Shown here: piece by piece, positions 50,553 through 58,865 of the stretch
Position numbering within the stretch: position 1 is the stretch's first letter
Layout of the letters: each line of letters begins with the position of its first letter
From: an uncultured delta proteobacterium
GTDB lineage: Bacteria > Desulfobacterota > Desulfobacteria > Desulfobacterales > Desulfosalsimonadaceae
NCBI GenBank assembly: GCA_963826785.1
Contig: CAWGYD010000004.1
Location: 288,001 to 352,000, forward strand
Direction: 5' to 3'
Length of the DNA stretch: 64,000 nt
The notes under the pieces: generated by a model
What the model was told of the DNA's origin: nothing
Databases searched by the model: none
Seen by the model: the letters and a program-made list of their open reading frames with translations, nothing else
Position numbers and translations under genes: made by a program

Positions 50553-51179
50553 TCAATCTGTTGGTGAAGTAGCCGGTAAAGCGGCTGGCAGGCCTTTATC
50601 GAAAAATGAATAAATGGAAACAAAGGGGAGCGCCCGGACCAGGCTGTGCATGAAAAAGAGCAGGTAGAGGGCTGTCAGCTGGCCGGGGGTGAAGAGGGCC
50701 TCGTTGAAGGCATTATAGATCAGCAGCGACCACACCGTGTAATTGAGGATGACCCCGAAGAGGATCCAGGGTTTGTTATAGGTGAGCGCAAAATAGAGGG
50801 GCAGCTCTTTTTTCACCCGGGCCTTGTCCCCGAGGCGGCCTTCCACATAGAAGGCGGGAAGCTCAAAAAACTGATTTTTAAATCCCAGGTGAAAGGCGGT
50901 CAGGAACCAGGGGAAGACCCCCATGTACGACAGCATGCACATGACGGCGGTTTTGAGCAGCCGGTCGCCGGCCGCGTCGAAGAATTTTCCCGAGGCCGTG
51001 ACTTCTCCCCGCCACCGGGCCAGATTTCCGTCCACCGTGTCCATGAAATTGTTGAAAACGGCCATGAACAAAAAAATCAGAATCTTGTGCGAAGGGGCCG
51101 CCAGGTAGAACCAGAGCAGCAGGAGAAGACTTGCCGCCAGCCGAAACAGGGTGATCAGGTTGGGGATGCCCCAGGTCAT
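50553..51179 (-). CDS. CDP-alcohol phosphatidyltransferase family protein
   Basis: PNLITLFR and DTVDGNLARWRGEVTASGKFFDAAGDR motif. Confidence 0.88.
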   Translation of the reverse strand: MTWGIPNLITLFRLAASLLLLLWFYLAAPSHKILIFLFMAVFNNFMDTVDGNLARWRGEVTASGKFFDAAGDRLLKTAVMCMLSYMGVFPWFLTAFHLGFKNQFFELPAFYVEGRLGDKARVKKELPLYFALTYNKPWILFGVILNYTVWSLLIYNAFNEALFTPGQLTALYLLFFMHSLVRALPFVSIYSFFDKGLPAALPATSPTD

Positions 51180-51253
51180 TTTCACCTCCCGAAATAACCG
51201 TTGGCCACCGCATCCCAAGACCGTAAGTGAATGGCGCCGTTGTGCCAGATGGA

Positions 51254-51520
51254 CTACTGCGTGGACTGGTTTCGGATAGACCGGACCTCACCGGTGCTGC
51301 TGTCGATCTTTAAAACCTTGTAATTGCGGTTTGCGGCAAAGACGGACTCGCCGACCCTCCCGGCGGCGTTTGGCCGTTTGAAGCTCAGCGTGATGAACCA
51401 GAACGTGTTGTCATCCGTCAGTTCCGCTTCTTCCAGGAGAACCTGTCCGAGATCCTGTTCCGAGTAGAGCGTCGTGAGATGTTCGATGGCGATTTCAGAT
51501 GCCTCTTTTATGCTAATCAT
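51254..51520 (-). CDS. Hypothetical protein
   Basis: Compact ORF (LLEEAE..WFITLSF..YKVLKID..GEVRSI). Confidence 0.65.
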   Translation of the reverse strand: MISIKEASEIAIEHLTTLYSEQDLGQVLLEEAELTDDNTFWFITLSFKRPNAAGRVGESVFAANRNYKVLKIDSSTGEVRSIRNQSTQ

Positions 51521-51545
51521 GAGGGGATCCGCCGACAAAGGGATT

Positions 51546-52499
51546 TTATTTCAATGTAAAGAAAGCGTACTTGATTTTCTTTCGTTTCCGGGTCTTCCAG
51601 TTGCCGTAAATATTGACTTTTTTCCGGTCCCAGGTGCCGTCTCTATGCTGGATCACCCCCCGAACCAGTGTGTGGCTCAGCACCGTGGTAATCTTGTAGA
51701 TGTTTCCCCGTTCATCCTGGATAAGAGACCCCCGGCGCACGTAGCGCTGAATCTGACTGGTTTCACAATCTTTGCAGAACCAGGCGTGGACGGGGATCAT
51801 CACTTTCAATGCGGAAAGAACCGGCTCCACCTTGTGGCAGCCGTTGCATTTGCGCGTACGGGAAACGCGGGGGGCGGCATCCGGTTCATGCCGGGAGGAT
51901 AATTGGTTTTCATCCGGGTCGTAAACTTCAACCACAAAGATCTGGGGTTCTTTAATTCCAGGGGGCGCATCCGGTATGGTGATGGCCGTTTCCGCCGTTT
52001 CGCAAATGCCTTGCCCGCTTGCCGGCAGTTGCGGCTCAGGTTCTAAAATAAGCCCTTGTACTTCTGACAGGATATCCGCAGCGGATGTCTGCTCCGGTTC
52101 AGGGTCTTTTTCGGCGTCGGTTTCCCGGGCGGGCAAGCCTGTTGCCGCGGGTTCGGGCAGGATAAGTGCGGCAGTAGAAAATTCGGCCGCTGGTGGGGGC
52201 GAAGCGGGAGCGGCCGCTTCGAATTGGGACCGGCAATCTTCGCACCACAGGTCGGTGCTGTCCGTGCTCTGGGCATGAGCGGTCAGCGCCTGGAACGGTT
52301 TTTCAAGGTGGCAGCGGGCGCACCGGCTCGGCTGCGGCAGCTGTGCGGCGGCGGTCTGCTGCGGGGGGGATGCATTCACATCAAAACAGATCTTGCAGAA
52401 CGAGTATCGGCCGTCCGGGCTGAACTTGTTTTCGTAAAAATCGTCTATCTTTTTGATTTCCAGACAATTTTTACACTGCTTATGCGTCTTTCGCTTCAT
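51546..52499 (-). CDS. Hypothetical protein with three CxxC...CxxC zinc-binding motifs
   Basis: CKNC..CKIC, CARC..CEDC and CNGC..CKDC, with Pro/Ala/Glu-rich linkers. Confidence 0.6.
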   Translation of the reverse strand: MKRKTHKQCKNCLEIKKIDDFYENKFSPDGRYSFCKICFDVNASPPQQTAAAQLPQPSRCARCHLEKPFQALTAHAQSTDSTDLWCEDCRSQFEAAAPASPPPAAEFSTAALILPEPAATGLPARETDAEKDPEPEQTSAADILSEVQGLILEPEPQLPASGQGICETAETAITIPDAPPGIKEPQIFVVEVYDPDENQLSSRHEPDAAPRVSRTRKCNGCHKVEPVLSALKVMIPVHAWFCKDCETSQIQRYVRRGSLIQDERGNIYKITTVLSHTLVRGVIQHRDGTWDRKKVNIYGNWKTRKRKKIKYAFFTLK

Positions 52500-52674
52500 G
52501 AAAGATACTATAGCAGCCAATTCGATTTCAGGCCACCGATATCGACCGGGCAGGTCAAATTTTTTCGTTTGTCCGTTTACCAGCGCCGGCAATTCTAAAT
52601 CCCCCCTGCCACCCTTTGCGAAAGGGGAGGAAATAACGCAAAAAACCACTACCGGAGTCGCGCGGCCGATGCTT

Positions 52675-53106
52675 TTAAAGCGACCAGAGGGGTAGGCCGG
52701 TGATTTCGTCAAACCTTCTGGCAAAATCCGATTCCCCGTAGACGTCGATGATAAACTCACAGGCAAATACGACATTGCCCGGGGCCAAATGGCCGCCGAA
52801 CGCATGTCCGTTTTCATCGGCCAGGGTGATGTGGGCGTGGACGACGGGGTTTTGATCCTTCAGGGAAATGTTGCCCGATAAAGCCGTTATTTCGAGCGGC
52901 TGGTCAAAATCATTGTAACGGTACTGTTTTTCCGTTTGATCATAATACCCCAGCCGGGCCTTTTTTACCGCGCCGATGGCCGAAATCCGTCCTGAGCGGA
53001 TATTTCGGGAATGACACAGCTTTTCGAGTGCTTCCAGGAGGTCTGCGCCATGGGCGATCCGGCCCATGAAAGATTCCCTGGCGGTGACGGAGAGGGCTTT
53101 GGTCAT
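52675..53106 (-). CDS. PPC/DUF296 domain protein
   Basis: GADLL, AIGAV, LEITALSGNIS, HAHITL and GGHL motifs. Confidence 0.9.
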   Translation of the reverse strand: MTKALSVTARESFMGRIAHGADLLEALEKLCHSRNIRSGRISAIGAVKKARLGYYDQTEKQYRYNDFDQPLEITALSGNISLKDQNPVVHAHITLADENGHAFGGHLAPGNVVFACEFIIDVYGESDFARRFDEITGLPLWSL

Positions 53107-53163
53107 TTGAGGTTTTCCTTTCATCGGATGGTGTTTGTCTTTGCATGGGGTGAATACGAGGGG

Positions 53164-53463
53164 TCAGGTCAGTTCTTTTGCCTGACGGAAGTCCATTTCA
53201 AGTGCATCGGCCACCCGGGGGTGGGTCACCTGTCCGGCATGGGTGTTGACGCTTAGTTCGCAGCCGCCCCACATTTCGCCCGCCTCCGGCCGCACATCCG
53301 CGCCGGCCGCACGGTAGCGATCATCGGCAAATCCGCTGCCCGCACCCGCCCCGGCTTCCACCAGCACCTCGTGGCCGTGGCTGACCATTTCAGATACAGA
53401 GGCCGGCGTTGCCGAAACCCGGCTTTCATTTTCCTTGATTTCCTTTAAAATGCCGATGCGCAT
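53164..53463 (-). pseudogene. ald: Alanine dehydrogenase remnant (in-frame internal deletion)
   Basis: MRIGILKEIKENESRV...VEAGAGAGSGF (AlaDH N-terminus) joined directly to VNTHAGQVTHPRVADAL (AlaDH C-terminus); only 99 aa. Confidence 0.8.
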
Positions 53464-53692
53464 GGATCATCTCCGCGATTGTCTGCCTGCAATAAAGATA
53501 ATCGGCAAATTGCATATCCGCCAGCAGGCGGCGGCGATGAACATCGACAATTCCGGTTCAGTCAACGGGCCCCTTAAAATTCCTTTTATGCGCTATCATC
53601 CATGTTTATTTTTATAAAAATGCCAGGATATGATATTGTCAACTGAAGGTTTTTGGGGACGACGGAGAATTAAAGTCAGCGGGTAAAGGGGG

Positions 53693-54385
53693 TTGAAAAT
53701 GACAGGGATAAAAGATCAGGGATATCGCAATTCGGGGATACGGTCCATCGTGGGGCTCGGTCTGATGTTTTGGGTGTTTTTGGCCGTACACCCGTGTCTT
53801 GCCCAGGAACCCGTCACCGAAAAATTGGCCGTCATGCCATTTATCAAGGGCCATGATCCGCAGAATCTGGGCCAGACGTTGAGCTGCCCGTTTGCCCGAT
53901 TCTGCTACGAAGAGATGGGGTTGGCGGAAGGGGCGGATGAAACCATGACCCGCCTGCTTCAGGCCCTGCTTAAAGAGAAGCAGACGGCGCCGGTGATTCC
54001 GGAAGAAGATGTCCGGCGCGTTTACGAGGCACTGCTCTTTGACCGGGCCAGCGATACCCCGCTTCATGTGGCCACAATTCTGGGCCGCAGGTTAAATGCC
54101 AGTCATGTGATGGTGGGCAATGTCTGGCGCTACCGGGAGCGCGAGGGGACCTCGTTCAGCGTTCAAACCCCTGCCTCCATCGCCTTTTCCCTCTATCTGG
54201 TGGATGTGCGGAGCGGGACGCCCGTGTGGGAGGCCAGCTATGATGAAACGCAGAAATCGCTGTCCGAAAATCTCCTGGACGCCCCGGAATTTTTCCGCAG
54301 GGGGGCCAAATGGCTGACGGTCGAAGAACTGGCCCGTTCAGGATTGGGCAAAGCACTGGAAGATTATCCCAAATATCCCGAATAG
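53693..54385 (+). CDS. Exported CsgG/TolB-N-like fold hypothetical protein
   Basis: Signal peptide, KLAVMPF, GNVWRYRER and YDETQKSLSENL. Confidence 0.65.
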   Translation: MKMTGIKDQGYRNSGIRSIVGLGLMFWVFLAVHPCLAQEPVTEKLAVMPFIKGHDPQNLGQTLSCPFARFCYEEMGLAEGADETMTRLLQALLKEKQTAPVIPEEDVRRVYEALLFDRASDTPLHVATILGRRLNASHVMVGNVWRYREREGTSFSVQTPASIAFSLYLVDVRSGTPVWEASYDETQKSLSENLLDAPEFFRRGAKWLTVEELARSGLGKALEDYPKYPE

Positions 54386-54400
54386 CGCCTCGGGTCTGTT

Positions 54401-55453
54401 TCAGCCGCCTTTGAGTTCGGGTGCGGTTTCCGTCTCCAGGAATTCAAGGTTTTCCCGCCAGAAAGCCAGTGTCTGCCGGCTCAAACCCAGCAGGTGAAAG
54501 GCATGCCCTTCATTTGGAAAATAGCGCACCGTGTGCCGGATTTGCCTGTTTTTCAATGCCTGTTCCAGCCGCCGGGTATCGCTGAGCAGGATGTCGCGGG
54601 TGCCGGACATGGCATAAACGGCGGGGAAGGGGCGGATTTCCGGATCATTTGACTCCAGCACCAGCAGCGGGTCCGCCAGTTGGGAGTCCGGGTGGGGTGA
54701 TTTGTAGGCCTGGCCCAGGTAGGCCCGGGAAACGTCCCGGGCCACTGAATAGCTCAGCTGCCGGAAGTAGGGGTTCATGGGCGGGCTGAGCCGTTTGAGC
54801 CGGAACGGATCACTGACCTGCAGATACCCGCAGATGACCATGATGGCCCGGGGGGCGACGCCCGCATCAAAAATGGCCTGGGCAAACGGCTCCGGGCGCC
54901 GGAAACAGGCGCAGGCCGCCAGGGCCAGGGTCAGGTTGCCGCCCGCCGACTCCCCGGCGATCACGATCCGGTTCGGATCTCCCCCGAAATTTTCGATATT
55001 TTCCACCACCCATTTCCAGGCCCGGCCCGCATCTTCCAGGGCGGCGGGGAATGGATGCCGGGGCGCCAGGCGATAATCGATATTGACCGCCACATATCCC
55101 CGGTCGGCATAGGCCAGGGTGATGCCCCGGTGGGTCTGTTTGGAGCAGATGGTAAACCCCCCGCCGTGAATGTACAGGACCACCGGCAGAGGGGAGTCGA
55201 TGGACCGGGGCCGGTAGAGATCAAGCCTGTGGGAAGGATTTCCGCCGGTATGATAGGCGATATCGGATATGGTCTCGCAGCGCTTTTCCGCTGACCGCTG
55301 GTATGTGGAAAACGACCGCATGAAGGACAGGGCCCGCAGCGCCCGGTCAAAGGCTTTTCGCCGAATACGCGTCTTTTGAGATACCGCCGGTGGGCTCTTC
55401 ATTTCAAATCTATTATCGTTTTTTGTGATCAGTTGGATTGTTTGCATCCGCAT
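54401..55453 (-). CDS. Alpha/beta hydrolase (HSL-family esterase/lipase)
   Basis: HGGGF, DYRLAP, GESAGG, D and GHAF motifs; start uncertain. Confidence 0.9.
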   Translation of the reverse strand: MRMQTIQLITKNDNRFEMKSPPAVSQKTRIRRKAFDRALRALSFMRSFSTYQRSAEKRCETISDIAYHTGGNPSHRLDLYRPRSIDSPLPVVLYIHGGGFTICSKQTHRGITLAYADRGYVAVNIDYRLAPRHPFPAALEDAGRAWKWVVENIENFGGDPNRIVIAGESAGGNLTLALAACACFRRPEPFAQAIFDAGVAPRAIMVICGYLQVSDPFRLKRLSPPMNPYFRQLSYSVARDVSRAYLGQAYKSPHPDSQLADPLLVLESNDPEIRPFPAVYAMSGTRDILLSDTRRLEQALKNRQIRHTVRYFPNEGHAFHLLGLSRQTLAFWRENLEFLETETAPELKGG

Positions 55454-55665
55454 GCGCCTTGTCTCCAGGCAGCCAGGGTTTGTAAGTAATCAAAAGCAGT
55501 CGCTTTGCGCAAGCATATTTTTCAGGTCCGGCATGGCCGCCTGTTGCGTTTTCCGCAGTTCCCGGGGTTGGCCAATATGAAAATCCTGCGCGAAGCATTT
55601 TCAGGCGCACTGTTTTTCCATGTTCCCGTCTTTACTTTTAAAAACGGCCGGGGTATGGTGCCGCC

Positions 55666-56070
55666 ATGATCGACGTGACCGCTGCCATTATCTGCAGGGA
55701 TGGAAAATGTCTGATCGCCCGGCGGGCGCCCGGCGATCGGCATGCCGGAAAATGGGAGTTTCCCGGCGGCAAGGTCAATCCTGCAGAAACGCCTCAAAAC
55801 GGGCTTGTCCGTGAAATACGGGAGGAGTTTGCCATCGATGTGGTTGTCCATGAACTGGTCGCAAAAAGCATCCATGTCTACGATCATGGCAAAATCCGGC
55901 TGCTGGCCTATCGGGTCACCTGGACCTCGGGCGAGTTGATCCTGATGGTGCACGACCAGATCGCCTGGGTGCCGCCGGACCGACTCCTGGAATATGATCT
56001 GCTGCCGGCGGATATTCCCATTGCCAAGAAGTGCCAGGCGCTGAAATGTCGATTCGATCTTGTGTCTTGA
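55666..56070 (+). CDS. MutT/NudG-like NUDIX hydrolase
   Basis: WEFPGGKVNPAETPQNGLVREIREE Nudix box; PAD motif. Confidence 0.9.
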   Translation: MIDVTAAIICRDGKCLIARRAPGDRHAGKWEFPGGKVNPAETPQNGLVREIREEFAIDVVVHELVAKSIHVYDHGKIRLLAYRVTWTSGELILMVHDQIAWVPPDRLLEYDLLPADIPIAKKCQALKCRFDLVS

Positions 56071-56180
56071 TCCGGAAAACGGACCCGTTTTGACAATCTG
56101 TCCGCTGAGCATCCATAATAGAGACGGGTGGATACACATATTATCCCTGTTCAGGAGTGATCTTTTAAAGGAGGTGGCCG

Positions 56181-57101
56181 ATGGAATTGAATCGCCTGGC
56201 GAATATTCCCCCCTGGGAATGGCCGGAAGATGCAGCGGGGTCGCTGCTTGGAGTGATTGACAACCCCCGTGCGGACGTGGCTGACCGGAAATTGGCCGCG
56301 CAGCTGGCCGGAGACATTTCCGTGATCAACGACACGCTGGCCGATGCGCTGCTGGCGGTGGCGGGGCGCGCCGGGGAACCTGATGAACTCCGGGAATCTG
56401 CGGCGATTTCACTCGGGGCGGTCCTTGAATACGCCGATACCATGGAGTTCGAGGACGTCGATGACATCCTGATTTCAGAGCACGCTTTCCGGCGGATACA
56501 GGATGGGCTTCACCGTTTGTTCAAGGACAAGGGGCTTCCCGTCGATGTGCGGCGGCGCATATTGGAAGCCTCGGTTCGGGCCCCCAGGGACTGGCATCCG
56601 GAGGCGGTGCGCGAAGCTTATGAAAGCAAGGACCCGGCCTGGCAGCTCACCGCCGTGTTCTGCATGGGCTATGTGCATGGTTTTAAAAAGCAGATACTGG
56701 AATCTTTAAACAGCAAAATCCGAAATATCCGTTACCACGCCATCTGTGCGGCGGGCAACTGGGAAATCGCCGAAGCCTGGCCGAAGGTGGTCGGCATCAT
56801 TGAAAACGAAAAGAAGGACAAGGAGATGCTGCTGGCCGCCATAGATGCGGTGGTGGGTATCCGGCCGCAGGATGCCGCAGCGGTATTGGGCCCTCTGCTT
56901 CATTCCAGCGATGAGGACATCGTCGAAGCCGTTCATGAATCCCTTTCCATGGCAGAAGTGATCATGGAAAATGATGAATCCGGCGAAGACGGCGATCAAT
57001 TTGATTATGATGATGATGCCTTCGGTGACGATGAATATGACGATTATGATGATTACGGGGATGAGGCGGATGATGACGGCGGCGGTGATGTATTCCGATA
57101 G
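56181..57101 (+). CDS. HEAT-repeat protein with acidic tail
   Basis: Repeated R..A...LG helices; D/E/Y/G-rich C-terminus; AGGAGG RBS. Confidence 0.75.
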   Translation: MELNRLANIPPWEWPEDAAGSLLGVIDNPRADVADRKLAAQLAGDISVINDTLADALLAVAGRAGEPDELRESAAISLGAVLEYADTMEFEDVDDILISEHAFRRIQDGLHRLFKDKGLPVDVRRRILEASVRAPRDWHPEAVREAYESKDPAWQLTAVFCMGYVHGFKKQILESLNSKIRNIRYHAICAAGNWEIAEAWPKVVGIIENEKKDKEMLLAAIDAVVGIRPQDAAAVLGPLLHSSDEDIVEAVHESLSMAEVIMENDESGEDGDQFDYDDDAFGDDEYDDYDDYGDEADDDGGGDVFR

Positions 57102-57107
57102 ACCCCC

Positions 57108-58001
57108 CTATTTTACTTGGGACCCCGTTCGGGAAAGGGGCCTGGTCGATCCCAGCAGGATATTGAGCGCCGCCTGCCGGATTTTATTGAGCGGCGCGGG
57201 TTTCTGCAGGTGGGCAATCTGGTGGGTGTTGAAAAACGATATCCGGGCAAGGGAAGCATCCCCGGTAAAAAACAGGTAGCGTGAAGCAATCGCCGGGAAA
57301 AGCCGGCGCGCTTCGCTGAAGCACTCCAGTCCATCCATGACCGGCATGTCGATATCGGAAAGAATCAGCCGGTACCAGGTCGATTTGATTTTTTCCAGCC
57401 CTTCGCGACCGTTTTCGGCCATCTCGATGATCCCCTCATCGATCAGAATCGCCTTTAGCAGCTCTGCAATGGCCTCATCGTCCTCGATGATCAGGATTTT
57501 CTCCTGCCAGACCGGGTCAAGCTGCATGATCTGGTCGATTTTCGTCCGTTTTTCACCCGACTGCTCAATGAAATACTCGACGGCCCGTTTGTGGGTCTGC
57601 AGACCGGCGGCCACCCACTTGAATTCGGAAACGCTCTTTTTGAGCGTATTCACCACGAAGAGGAAGATGTCGTTCCATTCGGAAAATTCCGTGTTGATGA
57701 TAAAATCCAGCAGGCGGTCCCGGGTGAGGGTGCTTCCGGAAAGGTGGGCCAGCGCCTTGTCAAAATGGGCTTCGATTTTCAACCGGGTCTCCGGGTCCAG
57801 AAGGATGGCGGAAGCTTCCCCGTGGGCCACCAGGTGGCTGGCGGCGCTGGCCATGGCATGATAGTGCCAGGCTTCATCTTCCGCAAACCGCCTGATCCGG
57901 CCGGCAAAGGCCGGTTCGTCTTTAAACACTTCAGCCGCTCCATTGTAGAATATCCCGGCCTTATGTTCGATTTTGAGCAGCCATTTTACGATATCTTTCA
58001 T
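57108..58001 (-). CDS. Ferritin/rubrerythrin-like domain fused to a C-terminal response-regulator receiver
   Basis: IEHKAGIFY and EDEAWH; then ILIIEDD, SDIDMPVMDG and QKP. Confidence 0.8.
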   Translation of the reverse strand: MKDIVKWLLKIEHKAGIFYNGAAEVFKDEPAFAGRIRRFAEDEAWHYHAMASAASHLVAHGEASAILLDPETRLKIEAHFDKALAHLSGSTLTRDRLLDFIINTEFSEWNDIFLFVVNTLKKSVSEFKWVAAGLQTHKRAVEYFIEQSGEKRTKIDQIMQLDPVWQEKILIIEDDEAIAELLKAILIDEGIIEMAENGREGLEKIKSTWYRLILSDIDMPVMDGLECFSEARRLFPAIASRYLFFTGDASLARISFFNTHQIAHLQKPAPLNKIRQAALNILLGSTRPLSRTGSQVK

Positions 58002-58238
58002 TGCATACGCCCCTGTGCCCTGTGTATAGGTTGCATCAATTGTGACGAATATCTCCTAAAGTAAAACGCGGCATTTAGGTTTCAAGTGCGTCTGCTTTTC
58101 AATCGCACACGATAAAATCTGTTCCGCATCCCCTTTATCGCCCGGCTCGCCCATATCGCCGCCCTGTTCGCCAAGTTCTGGATTTTACTTCCCATAGAGA
58201 ATCTGTATAAAAAAACCGCTTTGGATTGAATTTTTCCG

Positions 58239-58310
58239 TTGACAATTCTTTGCACAATGTTCATTACTGATAACGGGGTTTACTTTGCACACATTGCACA
58301 GTTGGCACAT
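58239..58310 (+). promoter_or_regulatory. Candidate promoter with a direct-repeat operator for the hdr operon
   Basis: TTGACA at 58239; TTTGCACAA at 58249 and tandem TTTGCACAC-ATTGCACAG-TTGGCACAT at 58284-58310. Confidence 0.55.
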
Positions 58311-58337
58311 GCCAAATTGCCCCGGAATGGAGCGCCA

Positions 58338-58865
58338 ATGAATGATGCGCCTGTAAAATCATGTCTCATATTCGGCTGCGGCAACCCGCTCTTCGGTGAT
58401 GACGGGTTCGGCCCGGGCGTGATCGAAACCCTGGAATCCAGCTGCGATCTTCCGCCTCATGTCACCTGCGCGGATGCCGGAACCGCCATCCGCGATCTCC
58501 TGTTCGATATTCTGTTGACCCCCGACAAACCCGACCGCATTATCGTCGTCGATGCCGCGGACCGCCCCGGCCGGCTGCCCGGCGAAATCTTTGAAATCGA
58601 TGTGGATGAAATCGACGTAAAAAAAACATCCGATTTTTCTCTGCATCAGTTTCCCACCACCAACATGCTCAAGGAATTAAAAGATCACACCCAGGTGGAC
58701 ATCCGTGTGTTAGTCGTCCAGATCGAACACATTCCCGAAGAAATTTGCCCCGGCATGTCGGATGCGGTCAAAAGCGCCATTCCCGGCATGTGTGACCGGA
58801 TTCTGGAAGCAGCCGGTGCGGCGGGAACTTCGAAGCGCCAACCCAATGGAGATGTCATTATATGA
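58338..58865 (+). CDS. Hydrogenase maturation protease (HycI/FrhD-like)
   Basis: [20 protein letters not shown] and SLHQFPT motifs. Confidence 0.9.
   Translation: MNDAPVKSCLIFGCGNPLFGDDGFGPGVIETLESSCDLPPHVTCADAGTAIRDLLFDILLTPDKPDRIIVVDAADRPGRLPGEIFEIDVDEIDVKKTSDFSLHQFPTTNMLKELKDHTQVDIRVLVVQIEHIPEEICPGMSDAVKSAIPGMCDRILEAAGAAGTSKRQPNGDVII

Noticed and set aside
58302..58320. Sigma54 promoter TTGGCAC...TTGC
   Set aside because: Spacing between the GG and GC elements is about 3 nt longer than the strict -24/-12 geometry
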